Shown here piece by piece: positions 50,631 to 64,000 of a stretch of DNA of 64,000 nucleotides. The translations under genes were made by a program, and so were the position numbers. The notes beneath the pieces are model-generated. The model searched no databases. It saw only the letters and a list, made by a program, of their open reading frames with translations, and had not been told where the DNA came from. This DNA comes from Convolutriloba macropyga (taxonomy: Eukaryota), in contig NC_134482.1 in assembly GCF_964194025.1 (NCBI RefSeq), positions 2,046,001 through 2,110,000 of the forward strand. The letters run 5' to 3'. Position 1 is the stretch's first letter. Each line of letters begins with the position of its first letter.

Positions 50631-53454
50631 GTTGATCGGAGTCTGTTTAGATAAGACGAGGGGACTTATACAGGATCAAAAATTCTAAAAATGACCATTT
50701 GACGTTTAACATTACCAGTAATTCTTATTTAGTATATAACTCAAACAAAGCTACTTTTAAAGTCCAAGGTTGGAAAACAGAAGTCACGGTTCAAAAACAT
50801 ACGTAATTGATCTCAAACAAGGATGTCAAAATTCAAGTCATGAACAACCATGCTTTAGATAAAAAAACACACAGCAGGACAAATTTGAATTGAAATCCAA
50901 AGAATAAACTGAACAGCAAATGAACTGCTGCACCCGACCAGTAGACCAAAAGAACAATTGCATTCAATCAGAGCCACACCAATTTAGACTGAAACCAGAA
51001 AATGGACACTGTTAAAATTCTGTAAGCTGAAATCAAAAAACCAATTTTTATACTTCTGAAAATACCCATTGACATACGCTTTAAAAAGTGTTTTTGGACT
51101 CAAAGTCATTTAGTAGTATGGGTTCAAGACCAATAAAGTTTGATTGGCCTCTAAACATTACAAAATCGAAAATCAAAAAAGGCAAAAATAATTAAAAAGT
51201 TGCTAAAATACGTTACGTTTATGTATTCAAAACATAATATTTGCCACTGAAAACTGTCATCAGGCAAGCCGTACAATGGTTGCATTCTATCCTAGGTGAA
51301 AAACTAGAAAACTTTTTTAGAAGTTGAAAGAAAGCTTAAAAAAATTGAAAGTTGCTCAAATGCTTAATCTTGTTAGCTTGAAATCCATTAGTACATCGTC
51401 AGAGTCTGTCCATTAGCACATCGTCCAGCCACAAAAAGTATTACTTTCCTTTAAAAATCAACAGACCCGAAAACATCAAACATGGTGAAAAATTTTTTTC
51501 GAAAGTATCATTTTTCGAAGTGGGGCAAAATTGGTAACAAATATATGAGTATCAGAAAGTTTGACGACTTTTCATCTTCATAACCAATTTGAAATCTCTG
51601 AAAACTATATAAGAACCAATATAAAAGCACTAATAAATTTCGTTATAATAATGTTCTCAACACCATTACTTTGTCTCTAGAATAAAATATCCTCAAACCA
51701 TAAAAAAATTATTGATCCCTATAGATTGAAAAACTCAAAAAATGAGAACAAGTTTTACAAAAAATTGAAAGAGAATACAACAACACTTGAAAACAGCCAA
51801 AACAGATTGACGGAAAATTGCCTCTGTTGACCTCATTGATCGCTTTTGCATCAAAAATTATTATAACAAAGATAGAAAAATTGACAACAGCTAATTTCTC
51901 GAATTGATAAAAGTTTTCTAAATTCTTCTGCAGTCATCAACTATTTTCTATTAGTTTTAAAAAGTGTTCTCATTTCTTCTGCCATTAGATTTGTTAAATA
52001 CGATGATGATTATTTCTCTTTTTGAATCCGAGTACAACAAGCCTAATACTAATGCCAATTATCACTAAACTCTGACGAAAATTTGCACATGAAAAATTGA
52101 CGACGCAAAGTTTTCTTAAAGTTGACAAGAACTGTCTAATTTGGTCCGCAGTTTCATAAAGTTTAATAAATTTTGCAAGCATAACATCTATATTGGAGGA
52201 TAACGTTATTAATACTAATAATGATTACCAGTATTCTCTAAGACTATTTGTTTAATTTGATGCATAAAGTCTTTAAACAATAATTCTTAGTGACCGGGCT
52301 TAATTAATTTATACCGTTTCTTCTGATTTACAAAAACTACAATGCGTTTGAAATTTCAATTTTGTTTTACAAAAAAAGCATCCAAAAAAGAAAACAAAAA
52401 ACTAAGGTTTGCAGAAACTTTACATTTTAGGAACAGAAAACCGTTAAAAAACTTTTTGGCGCAAAAAATGAAATTTTCTTTCTATTTAGACCTTCACATC
52501 AAGTTTAGCACCCTAAGCACTAGTAACTTCTAGAGACTACTAGTAACTTCTATTGAAATTCAATGCCAACTAATTGTTACCTGTTTGTTCCCTTTTGAAA
52601 GCTCAAAGTAATGCAAAAATTTGTGAACACATGCGTGAAAACAAAAAAAAGACAGAGCATCAATACAATCCAAATTCATTGTACTGTAAAAAGACAGCAA
52701 CCCATTCCAAACAAAATATATTTGAATTGTAAAAAGAAGAGCGCCGACACAATAGCCACTTACATGCTGACACCGGCTATTAAAACGACCTGGTTAATAA
52801 AATCCAGTTATTAGGAAAAAATAAAATTACGGCAAAGACAACATTTGTGAACAATATGGGAAGATTTTGTCATCAATGCGTCTTCGATTAACAAAAAAAA
52901 CGACAAAATCTTTTTACCAATTGATTCTTTTTTTCAGGAGTTTGTCTATGATACTGCTTTTGTATCTCCCCGCAAAAATTATTTGACAGCTAACATTGGC
53001 TTTATATAAAAAAGCCATTTAATTGGGAGTTGGAATGAAAAATTCCCAGTTAAGTTTAAATATCTAGATTGTTGGCAGTGTATACCAATTTGACAATACA
53101 ATTTCAATATCTTTTCCGTACAAAATAAAGAAATATCCCTCGTTACTAATTCTATTTGAATGAGCTATATGAATTTTTAACGGACAAAAGTATCAGATTT
53201 CTTTGAAGTAAAGAAAAATACTAGCCCCAATGAGAAAATGGAAAATTACATTATATCACTCTCGAAAACTTCTACACATTGAAAGATTTAATTAAATCCT
53301 TTTACATACTTAGCATTAAACGTCAAGAAAGAAAACGCTGTCTGCGCTCAAATTAGGAAAAATTAAGTTCTACTAAACCGCAGAATTTTCTGTTTAAAAG
53401 TTATGCTATGAAACTTTCAACTCCTTTTTACAAAACTTCCAATTTTTTTCAATA

Positions 53455-53950
53455 TAAAACATACCCGGCAGATTTTCGAAAAAGCTGCCGTTGATTCCCA
53501 TAAACACGATTAAGATTGAAAGAATCGAAAATAATGAGAAAAAATAATTGTACAAAAAATTTTTTAAAGCGCAAATTATTTTGATATTATTTCGTAATTG
53601 AACATACTCATATATTAAGAAACAGGGTACAAGGGATGGTATCAATACCAATAAGCATTAGCAATTGTAACTAAGACTGATATGAATAAAGTTCAATTAA
53701 CACGCACCTAAAATTGGGCTTTATGTGTTTATCCAAATTCTATTTCTGATCTTGTATTTTGTATACGGACTTCGTTCATTTGTGATCGCTTATCAGAGCA
53801 ACTGCTGTTTAAAAGCACGTTGAGCAGAATGGAAGAATAGTGAAACTAGCCTAGAGAAGTAAAAAAATATTTCACGCAAAATGTAGAAAAAGCGGCAAAC
53901 TGAGGCACAGCAAAACAAATTATCGTTCGACGAAGAAACACAGCAGGGTG
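53455..53950. repeat. Dispersed repeat family copy
   Basis: taaaacatacccggcagatt...gctgtttaaaagca...gttcgacgaag shared with 47985-48515 and the window start. Confidence 0.7.
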
Positions 53951-55474
53951 ATTCTAGAATGATAATACAAATAAATGAATTATTTTACGACCTGAAAACT
54001 AATTACGCTAAATTGGAAGACCAATGAGAACTGTTAGTAATGGGACAAAGCAACGAGTCCACAAGAACAAGAAAAAGAATCAAAACTAAAAATCAATGAC
54101 AGGGGCCAAAATAAAAAACGGCTTCTATGGAACCAATTAGTCATCTAATTTCTCCCTTTTTTAATTGGAAACCAGTCATTAACTGTCGGTAAAACCTGTC
54201 GTTAAATATATATTAAATGATGGTAAAACAAAGAAAAACACAATTTTTGCAAAAAAAAGCTGCTAATTTTTTTGAAAGCAGATAGTCTAAAAGTCAGAGA
54301 TAGCAAGAGCTACGGGAAAAAAATTACTTCGGTCGACGGAAGTTTTATTGGCATCCAATGATACTTGTATAAACGAGATTAAGTCATAACACAGCAACAA
54401 GTGCAAGAAATACATGCAAAACTCAAAAATTCACCAAAATTTATATTGAACGAACTGCGTATAAATTACAGAAAGCAATAGCTATGAACTGAATTGATTT
54501 TTTGTACTAACTAAACCATTCGAAACCAATGAGACCTGTCGATAAGGAGACACAGAGATAACACGACAATGCCAACATAACTTTACAAAAATTGATAAAA
54601 TTTCTTGAAAACAGATTGTGTCAAGGTAAAAGAAAACGTAATCTTTGAACAGAGTTGATTGAACCAATTAAATTAAACCCTTTTAGCAATATATAAACCT
54701 GTTCTTGATGCGATTATTTGATACAACCACAAAAAAACTACAAACGCTCGGAAAACTCAAAAATATCCTAAAATTTTTGCAGAAAAATCAGTGTCAAAGT
54801 CACAACAACCAATAGTTATTAGCTGGAAACATTAGCTAGTTTCTTATATGACGCATTAGTCAACAGTTAGACCTTTCATTAATGGTACTAAGTGAAAAGA
54901 CAAGTGAATTAACTGAAAAAACGGGGGCAGAACAGAATCAAAAACTCACTCATTTTTTGCACAACAAATAGTGTCAAAGTCAAAAAAACGTTTTAGCTAC
55001 CCATTGATGATTTCAAGCAATAACAAATTTCCGCAATTAGAAGACATTTGTATGATATCAAAAGAACTCAAAGAGAAGAAATACCGAAAACAGGCGTCAA
55101 ATTAACGCACGTGAAAAAATGCCACTCAAAATTTCACACAACAACTTCTCAAGTTCAAGATAGTTTGGCAAGAAATCAATTCTCAAACACACCCAATAGT
55201 TCTCTTCCTTTAGTACTTCAGCTTGATTAAGATCATCACTCTAATTTGATACCTCACTGACGTAAAAAACCCGAAGAAACTGTGAACAGATCTTAACTAA
55301 ACTTGTTTTAAAAGGGACACAAACAATATTACCATACTTGCTTCGAACTGTGTTCACAAGAAGTTCATAATTTTTTAAGCTTCATAAAGTCCAATCTGAA
55401 ACCGCTAGGACAACAAAACTGTTCAGATTGCGTGTTATAGTGTGGGTTGGTTTGTTCACAATGATGAGGAAATT

Positions 55475-55480
55475 TTTATT
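55475..55480 (-). terminator. Putative polyadenylation signal AATAAA
   Basis: ~265 nt downstream of the stop codon of the 55744-56142 ORF; weak evidence in AT-rich DNA. Confidence 0.4.
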
Positions 55481-55743
55481 TAAATAACAATTGCTCATCA
55501 GTATAGTTGGTAATAGTTGAGAATACGTCTTGCATTTCACCAGCCATAATTAAGGCAAAAAAGAATGATTATTGCCAATAAAAACACCAAATTAAACATA
55601 CTTTTGTTCTTCTTGAAAGCGCTGTTTGGTTTTGTTTGTTTTTGGTCCAATCAGTACTGGAAAACTGATTTTTACGCAAATAAGCTCAAAAATGGCAGCC
55701 AGATTTGCTTACTTGCCTTTCTTTGATTCACGCACAGAAAACT

Positions 55744-56142
55744 TTAGATATTTCTCTTATGAATAAACTGTAAAGAAGATTGATCACTATAATCTCTGTA
55801 ATAGTTGTCTCGATTTAGTCCAACAATTTGATCGACTTTTGTCGGAGTGGAGTGAATGAAGTTTTTTTCCAATGGTGCCAGTAATCTCCCAGTGTGTATA
55901 GACCTTTTGTTCTTTGCAGTTTCCATACATATCTGATAAATGCACTTTGTTGCCGAATTCAGATTTACTTCCCGAGTGAGACATTTATGATGGCCAAACA
56001 GTTTTCTGTTTCCTATTGTATTGCAGTTTCTGTGCATTAGTTGTCGACATTTGTCGTTCCTCGTGTTGTCAATGCAGTAATAAAAGCATGCAATCTGAGC
56101 GATCATCAGAACAGCGCATATTAGAACAGCTTCAAACCCCAT
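55744..56142 (-). CDS. Orphan secreted cysteine-rich peptide precursor (132 aa)
   Basis: ATG at 56142; hydrophobic signal MGFEAVLICAVLMIAQIAC; C-X8-C-X7-C-X13-C-X12-C-X4-C domain; KR site; Cys-free C-terminal segment ending KR-NI; upstream TATA box. Confidence 0.72.
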   Translation of the reverse strand: MGFEAVLICAVLMIAQIACFYYCIDNTRNDKCRQLMHRNCNTIGNRKLFGHHKCLTREVNLNSATKCIYQICMETAKNKRSIHTGRLLAPLEKNFIHSTPTKVDQIVGLNRDNYYRDYSDQSSLQFIHKRNI

Positions 56143-56253
56143 CCCTAAATAACTGCTCTTTTTCACTTTATTTGTTATAGATACAAAATAACGATTGCAA
56201 AACTGTTTTCAAATCTAAGGAACATAGGGAATAAACAATAGCGAATCACTTAA

Positions 56254-56261
56254 TTTATATA
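56254..56261 (-). promoter_or_regulatory. TATA box (TATATAAA)
   Basis: gctgTATATAAAttaag on the minus strand, ~112 nt upstream of the ATG. Confidence 0.55.
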
Positions 56262-56400
56262 CAGCTCATTAATGTCCTCAAAAAAGTGGCCAAGTTTTCC
56301 CTTGAAGCAGCGATGATGTTTCTTTTGTTTACTCAATACGTTTTGTACCAGTTAGAAATAATTTCCAAAAACATTGTGAACAAAAAAATAATAAAGAGTA

Positions 56401-56640
56401 CACCCGGGCCGAGGATTTTCCCGAACAATAACGGGGAAAAGAGTGTAAAGAGTGTAAAAATAATATGTTTACACCGTTAGTGCCCCCCTTATTAAGGGTG
56501 GATTTACCTGTTAAAGTGTAATTTTAGTGGTGTAATTTTAAGATATAACGGTGGAAGAAGAATGGAATAACCTATTTTTACACTCTTTGGATTACACTGT
56601 TAAACTTATTTTTACATTCTTTATTACACCGTTAAATAAC
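56401..56640. mobile_element. MITE-like element with inverted gtgtaa/ttacac subrepeats
   Basis: Starts cacccgggccga; several gtgtaa motifs followed by ttacac motifs; right end not defined. Confidence 0.45.
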
Positions 56641-58700
56641 AAAATAATCAGTTATCATGAGATAAAAACAGGAAATAAAAAAATCGAACCTCCTCTCAAA
56701 AAACGTGCCCAATTCTTAACTATTTCTATCTTACAGAGAAACAAAGTTAAAGCCATTTCTCTAATATGAGGAGTGTTACTTTATTAAGAACAACGAATTG
56801 TGACAGAATGAATTGAAAGTATCTTGCTTCGTATAAATTGTCAGAAACATTACGAATGATTCAAAAATCTAGTTGTTAAAAGTTCTATCCAAAAATATCC
56901 TCAAATTAAATAATTGCTTGATAGGAAGTACAAAAAATCTAGATTTTAAATAGCTAAATGCAATTGATGGCGAGAAACAAAAAAAAACATTTTAAGAAAA
57001 GCTCAAAGGATATAAGCACTGTTTCTTATGAATCTATAAAATTAAAAGCAGTTAAATGAATGTTAACAGGAACAGAAACCCGGAACAGAAATCCGAAAGG
57101 AGCAAGTTTTGCCAGTAGTATCATTCAATGCTAGACTTGCTAAATTTGTTTCCGTAAAAAAATGCTGCTGGATTTTCTTCTTGATCATCAACAAGTTCTA
57201 GAAAAGTGCTGATCAAAGGTTTCAACGTACCAATCTCTCAGCTTGTTTTTCCTTGAAAGTGATTCTTCGCAGACGTAGACTATCGTGAGGAAAAAACAAT
57301 AGCGTGACAATTAATAGCTGAAAACTTCAAATTTTCCCCTGAATTTTGTTCTCTGATTCTCAGTCCTTTTAGATTATATATGTGCAAGGTAGATTAGTAG
57401 GCCAGCAAAACAGTATATAGCTCTAATGGTACTCTAATGACTTTGCCGTTTTCTAGGAGCGGTGCTCTAAGAGGAGCAATCAAAACAGAAAGAAAAATTA
57501 GCACCAAAAATTGTTTCTTTAGTTGAGTTTATTTCTTTTACTATGGGGACCTCATCAATTTATTAATGCACTATTCAACTTGCACGGTTTTTTTTGCACC
57601 TATCTGGAAAAAGCGCTAGCGGGAAAAACAGACAGGGAAGCTGATTATTGGTATTATTCGTGACAACTTAACAGTTCCAGAAATTCTTCCTAAGTCTAAG
57701 TTTTCTTTAAAACAATGGAGTTTTTAAAGGTGAAGAACAACTTATTTTGGATCTTCACGTCATATATTTCTAATTGCAACCAAAAATACGGGGGGCGGTT
57801 GCATTCTAATTCATTATAAAACAAAACTCGAGTTGCGTGCAACAGATGATAAATAGGGAAAAACAAACAAACAATTCGTATTTTGTCTCTGTATGTACAT
57901 CCAAAGTGATTTCAGCGCAACCCAATATACTCTAATTGATTGCCCTCAAATTCATTCTTAATAAAAACCATTCTAAAAAGTTAGGCTTGATCACCAATTT
58001 TGAAAGTTGATCAAGCAAGTTATTATCTCATACTTTTTCATGCGTCCCTGCGTTCAAGATTTCACTTTTGATATCACGCTATATTTCAAATTTAATCGAT
58101 TCTGTGGCTCTTTTTCACTTTTTCTCTCAGAAATCAAGCAACAAAATTGGGGTTTAATTAATCTACAACTTTGTTCGGCAATTCAAGAGAAGTCTAGAAA
58201 AGTCTTCGGCAACTCGAGTTAACCTCTTTGAGCTCTAATTGCTTTAGGCTGTCAGAAAAATAGTTTGACATATCCTTAGCAGCCAAAATGAGGAAAACAA
58301 ACTATATAGCTAATTTTCATATTTTGGGTAGTTTCATATTTATCAATATTGATTAAGTTGTGGTTAATTTATGTTTGAGATATAATTTGCGTTTGACGTT
58401 AAGTATGATAGTTGAGTACTAACAGTAGTATGCAATAAAAAAAAATTTAAACCAATCGTTACCAAAATGATGGTTTTCATTAGAATGAGAGCCTTAAGTT
58501 TTGCTTTATTGCAGTCATTGTTTGCCCTTTAGCACGCTTGCCTAATGTGCTTAATAAATTCAGCTCAATTCTAAAAGTTCTTAAATTTTTTCGCCTGCTT
58601 CGAAAAACCGTTGATGACCCTAAATAAATTATGGCAACCATATACAAGAACATGCACCTCCATTAATTTTACAGTAAACATGAAACTTTATGGTCCTGGA

Positions 58701-58919
58701 TAGGGTTGCCAAGAATTTTTGAATTCTTGATTTTTTTGAAGTAAGCCACTTACAGATTGTTATATAAGTCGAAGAGTAACATATAAGAAGCCATACAAGA
58801 GCCATAGAGACCAAAAAGGTTCTCTTTGTGATGCACCCTGTGTACTCTGTACGTGTATACAAACCTCTCCACGGAATCCCTGAAACTCAAAAAAATGTAT
58901 TGAAAACTTGGCAACCATG
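58701..58919. mobile_element. Possible hAT-type MITE
   Basis: tagggttgccaag ... cttggcaaccatg (11/13 inverted match); no TSD seen. Confidence 0.4.
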
Positions 58920-58949
58920 GTGAGATCAGGCAACGAAAATTTTTATGAT

Positions 58950-59106
58950 NNNNNNNNNNNNNNNNNNNNNNNNNNNNNNNNNNNNNNNNNNNNNNNNNNN
59001 NNNNNNNNNNNNNNNNNNNNNNNNNNNNNNNNNNNNNNNNNNNNNNNNNNNNNNNNNNNNNNNNNNNNNNNNNNNNNNNNNNNNNNNNNNNNNNNNNNNN
59101 NNNNNN
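58950..59106. other. Assembly gap
   Basis: Run of N. Confidence 1.
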
Positions 59107-62100
59107 ATGTGTACTAATTTATAAGTTACCCTCTATTTTATTATTCATATCATGCATATTACAACTAAGGTTATAATGACTTTTTATTATTCACGTATGA
59201 ATATGTTCCCGCTAGTCTACTAAATTATTTCATATTTTGTTCACCGTATTTTATTATAAGAAATCATAATCTCGATTAACATTCTGAATTCAATTTACCG
59301 TTGTAAACGCTCTTCATTTACAGAGACAAATTCTAGTTTGGATTCGCACTGCGATTCCACTAAGTAAAATTCACAAATTCCATGTAATTACGGATTCGCT
59401 CCGCAATTCCCTTATAATTCTAAGATATCGTATTCGCAACACTATTACAATTCTAATTGCAAAACTCAGCTATAACAGGGCGCAGTCCGCAATAAGGACA
59501 GCGGCAAATCTCCACTCGGAGTTCAACCTTTTTGGGAAAAGGCAACTCTAGAGCCCCCACTTCGATGGGAATACTGGAGGACGCAACTCAAACTCGCAAT
59601 TCTTGCACGCGAAGGAATTGTAGTGGATTTTCTCTTGGCCGACCCCCCAGAGCATGTCATTCTGCCCCCTGAACAGGCATATTAAGTTGCAGTCAAAAAT
59701 CTTACAGCACAATCCGAACGAGATCGACGCACTGAACAAGCAAAGACGGCGTGGAAAAATCATTGTCAACGTATTGCGGCGGTAGGCATTCTATGCGGAG
59801 ATAAACCGTGGCAACTTTGTGATCGAAAAGCATCTTCATTGATGTACTTAAGTTTGGGAACGGAAGGGCGACGAGTATTCAATTCTAAAAACTCGACTGT
59901 TAACCAAGACGAAATCTCTGGGATGTTCTGAATAAAACTTTTAATCGAATCCATAATATAACTTTCGACCGATATCTCTTTCTTACACAAAAACAGCAAA
60001 AAGGGGAACCAATTGAGAAATTCTACGGTCACCTCAAAGAACTCTCCAAGAATTGTGATCTGGGAGATAAGGGGGATACAATTATCAGAGACGTTTTTCA
60101 TCGCAAAACATGCAAAATGAAGACATCCAAAAAGAACTTCTCAAAGAAACGGTGGAACCTGATAAGGCCTTAGCAAAAACAATCAACATTGAAATGTGTA
60201 CCCTCAATCAACTTAAAAATGAACGCAAGCAAAACTGAACTCCATTCAACTGTTAATCAAGTACAGCGGATGCGCATCGCGAATGCTACTCCTTTTTCCA
60301 CTATGAATACCACTGCACGGAAAAAAATCCCACAACTTGTCACTTCTGTGGAATGAGTTGGACCCCAGAACACCGCAATAGATGCCCTGCACGTGGAAAG
60401 AAATGCAATAACTGTGGTATTGAAAACTACTTCGCAAAGGTTTGTCGAAAACCTAAAGATTCCAACTCCTACCCAAAGCCTAAGCCACGGGTTAATAATG
60501 TTGAAAAAGATGATCACACTGAGGATGTTAACCAAAATTTGGCTGATTTTGATCCCGATTTGGAACCAAACTACTCATCGGATGAAGATAATTGTGTAGC
60601 TTCGGTATCTTCGGCAGATTTTACAACTTCTTTAGAAGCAGTCAATCTCCCTTTAGTGTTCGGGAACACAGCAACAAATGTTCTGGTGGATTCGGGTAGC
60701 GTATGTACAATGATAAACGAGTCACTGGCAGATTCAATCATTTCCCAAGACCCAAATTTGGATTGGATACGCGAAGCGAATCCCAAACAATTAAAACCTT
60801 TCTCTAACGAGCCCATTCAAACGCTAGACATCCTCCAAACGTCAATTCAAAGCCACAATTGGTACGCGAATCCAATAGAAATTCAAGTAGTGACAGATGA
60901 TTACCGTTCTCTATTGGGTAGAGATTTATTTCCTGCTCTCGGACTTTCCATTCAACAATCTAATAATCAAAAGACAGTTAATCAGATAGATTAAGAATAC
61001 TGTCCAATCAAAAAACAAATTGCAACCAATTTTCCTGACCTAATCTTCAGAATCGGTAAGTCTGAAGTACATACAGTTCGTTCGAAATTTCATAGAAATT
61101 ATACTCATCACACCAAAAAGGTTGTCGTGTCCCTATAAATTTATTAGACAAAGTATCTGATGAATTGAAAAAACTTTCAGAACAAGGACACATCGAAAAA
61201 TTACAGGAATGCTCTGATAAGAATTTATTTCTCCAATTGTAATCAAGGTTATGATGGACAAATCAGTAAAGCTAGCCCTCGATTCCAATGTTCTGAACAA
61301 AGCAATTCATAAAAATAGGTATCAATTGCTAAACATAGGTAGCCTTATCGATTCTATTTCACAACATATTAACGATTCTAATCATGGTGATAATGTTTAT
61401 TTTTCGACGATTGACTTAAAATATGCATATAGCCAACTCATTTGGGCATATTCATTCCCAACCTTGCTAAAAATATGTCACCCTCTCCGGCCCTTACTAA
61501 AGAAAAGTGAAAAATTTATTTGGACTGATAATCACCAAAAACACTTCGAGTATATTGAAACCGTAATCGCAAATGCTACAGAAAACACTCATTTTAACCC
61601 AACACTGGAAACGCGAATCAAATGCAACGCATCTCGCCAAGGCTGAGGCGCTGCGCTTGAGCAATTGGATTTGAAGGGTGGAAAACGGTGGCTTTTGCTT
61701 CTCGCTTTCTTAATAATAATGAAGAACGTTACAGTATAAATGAACTCGAATTGCTTGGTGTGGTTTGGGCCATCGCATTTTTTAAATATTATCTTTTTGG
61801 AAAAAATTTTACAGTCCTGACAGATCATAGAGCACTCCTTTCAGTTTCAAAGTCTCTTCGTTCAAATAAATTTTACAATAGCCGATTAACACGATAGATT
61901 GATCGTTTGTTACCTTTCGATTTTAATATAGAACACATTCCCGGCACTAGAATGGGTTTAGTTGCTTACATTTCGCGCCAAACGAATCAAAAAGCAAAAA
62001 CGCATCACTCAAAATGTTGAGGAATTCATGGTAGCAACAATTTCCCGCATTCGCGGCGCGATTACATCTTTCTTCCGTCACTCAAATCAAATTCCTTCCC

Positions 62101-64000
62101 ATAAGCGGCACACTGCCAGCAAATACAAATTAAAAGTAAACAAGACGCGCGTCCATTCTTCCAAACTTGCTAAAAGTAGCACGCATAATTCAAATGCCTC
62201 AAATAATTCATTCAATACTAGAGCAAAAGTAAACAATTACAATTCAAAATTCATTTCTGACTTTAATTGCCACGCAAATCACTTGATTATAACTAATACT
62301 GCACTCGCATCGCAAATCCACTCGCCAAATTTCAATTGTAATTTCACCGCGAATCCAGAACAAAAAGTGCATCATATAACAATGCCTACAAACGAGTCAT
62401 CACAAAACAGTCCCACAGCTTCTCCGCAAACTCCCCGAGTGACGTTCCGTACCCCGTCAACCCCTATAGTGACTACAAGTACCAGCAACAACAACACTCA
62501 GGCCTCATCGTCACCCGAAAATTGTGACATTGAACTTTCTCTGGAGGAGATTTTTGAGAACAATCTCAATCACCTGTTCACAAAGTCCTTCCTCGCAGTT
62601 CTCACCAGCGAGGATGCGGTGTTGAAGGAAATTAGAGATTGCGCCATTCAAGACGACGAGGCTCGATGCAAGGAGGTTAGCTCATATTTCCACTCATTCT
62701 GGAAAGATCTCCACGTAAAGTCTGGCTGCTTGTGTGTCGACCAACGCGTCGCCATACCTTATTCAATCAAGGAGGCTGTATTGGAATCAATACAAATGAC
62801 ACACCCCGGTAGTTGGGGAATGATTTCTTTTTCCCAATATGCATGGTGGCCATACATGCACAGGGAAACCATGGCCAAAACCTCTGATTGTGTCCCGTGT
62901 ACAGATATTAGTAAGAATCTCAAACCTATTGTACCAAAATCTAAATGGCAACCACATAAGGCTTGCCAAGAACCTAATGAAGAAATTCAAATTGACTTTC
63001 GGAGTCTGATAATAAACGACCAAGATAAAGATATCTATTTCCTAACATGTATCGACCGTTATTCAAAGTGTCCGACAGTTAAAATTTTTGAAAAGGCTAA
63101 TGGGGCAGATGTAGTAAAATTTCTTCGAGACTATACATATACTAACAGAATTCCACAAACAATACGTGTAGGTCAAGCAACTTGTCTAGTAGGTGAACAA
63201 GTTACAAATTACTGTAATGAAAATAATATTAACATTATCGATGCCCCGGTCGGCGGTCATAGAGCTATTGGATTAGTGGAGCGAATGATTCAAACAATAA
63301 AACACCGTTTATCTTGTATGAAAGCTGAAAATAAAGATGCATTCTCAACGTCCCAAGTAATTAAACTATTAGTCTCAGCTTTACGTTCAACAAAACAGAA
63401 AACTACAAAGATAACACCGTTTGAAGCTCACTTCGGTAGTTCTGCAAATACTCCTTTACGGAATATTAGCACTACTCCATCAAGTTTAAATTTAACTTGT
63501 GAAAAAATCATTAATCACTATTTAGATGCCAATACAGTTCCTGCAGATGATTTCTTGGAGAAAGCCGGATGGTCAGCCCCAAAAGAAGTGATCTGGACAT
63601 CGAAAAAACCATGTGTAGGGCACAGCAGGACGCAGGCCGGCGCTATCGCGATTCAGACAACAAGGAATCGCGGTTCATCATTCATCTGAAACTCAAGGAC
63701 CCCATTCCCCGAACAAAAAAATCACCCAAAATCAAACTGGCTCGAAAACTCCCTAACAAAAAGAGAGCGAAACGCCAACTCGCTGGCTTACATGAAGTTT
63801 TACAACATGGATCTTTTGTGAAAAAATCCTCCCCCTACAACAACAATTATTAATGAACCAGGGCGATCGCCGGTGAAAGTTCGTGATAGTGACATAGCAA
63901 AGTTCGCTACCACAGCCGAAAGATCAACAAATTTGTGGACGTATGCCCAACGGCGTCCTGCACCATACGAACAAACTACGGAAACGAAGATCGGAAAACA
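59107..64000 (+). mobile_element. Gypsy/Ty3 LTR retrotransposon (gag-PR-deleted RT-RNase H-INT), defective, runs off the window
   Basis: Gag double knuckle CHFCG..H..CPARGKKCNNCGIENYFAKVC, protease VLVDSGS, RT IDLKYAYSQL, RNase H AFASRFL..YSINELELLGVVWA..TDH, integrase HPG..WWP..CVPC, QIDF, LVERM; many stops and frameshifts; LTR limits not visible. Confidence 0.95.

Overview
AT-rich, repeat-dominated eukaryotic (animal-like) genomic window with two assembly gaps (23221-23420, 58950-59106). No bacterial operons or CRISPR arrays. Two host genes are recognisable. One is two spliced minus-strand exons of the exosome subunit RRP4/EXOSC2 (3462-3814). The other is an intronless orphan ORF (55744-56142, minus) with TATA box, polyA signal, signal peptide, a cationic 6-Cys domain and dibasic processing sites; it is the best candidate here for an undescribed secreted effector. 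Most of the rest is decayed mobile DNA: CR1/L2-type LINEs, an RNase H-bearing I/Ingi-type LINE, Gypsy and BEL remnants, MITEs and a dispersed repeat family. Notable structures are a near-identical 5.6-kb tandem duplication (4213-15404), a 10.3-kb G-rich 76-bp satellite with higher-order repeats that appears to sit inside a TIR/foldback element (33153-44158), a GC-rich long hairpin at 29.7 kb, and several template-switch scars. All family calls come from motif recognition by eye; no database searches were run.
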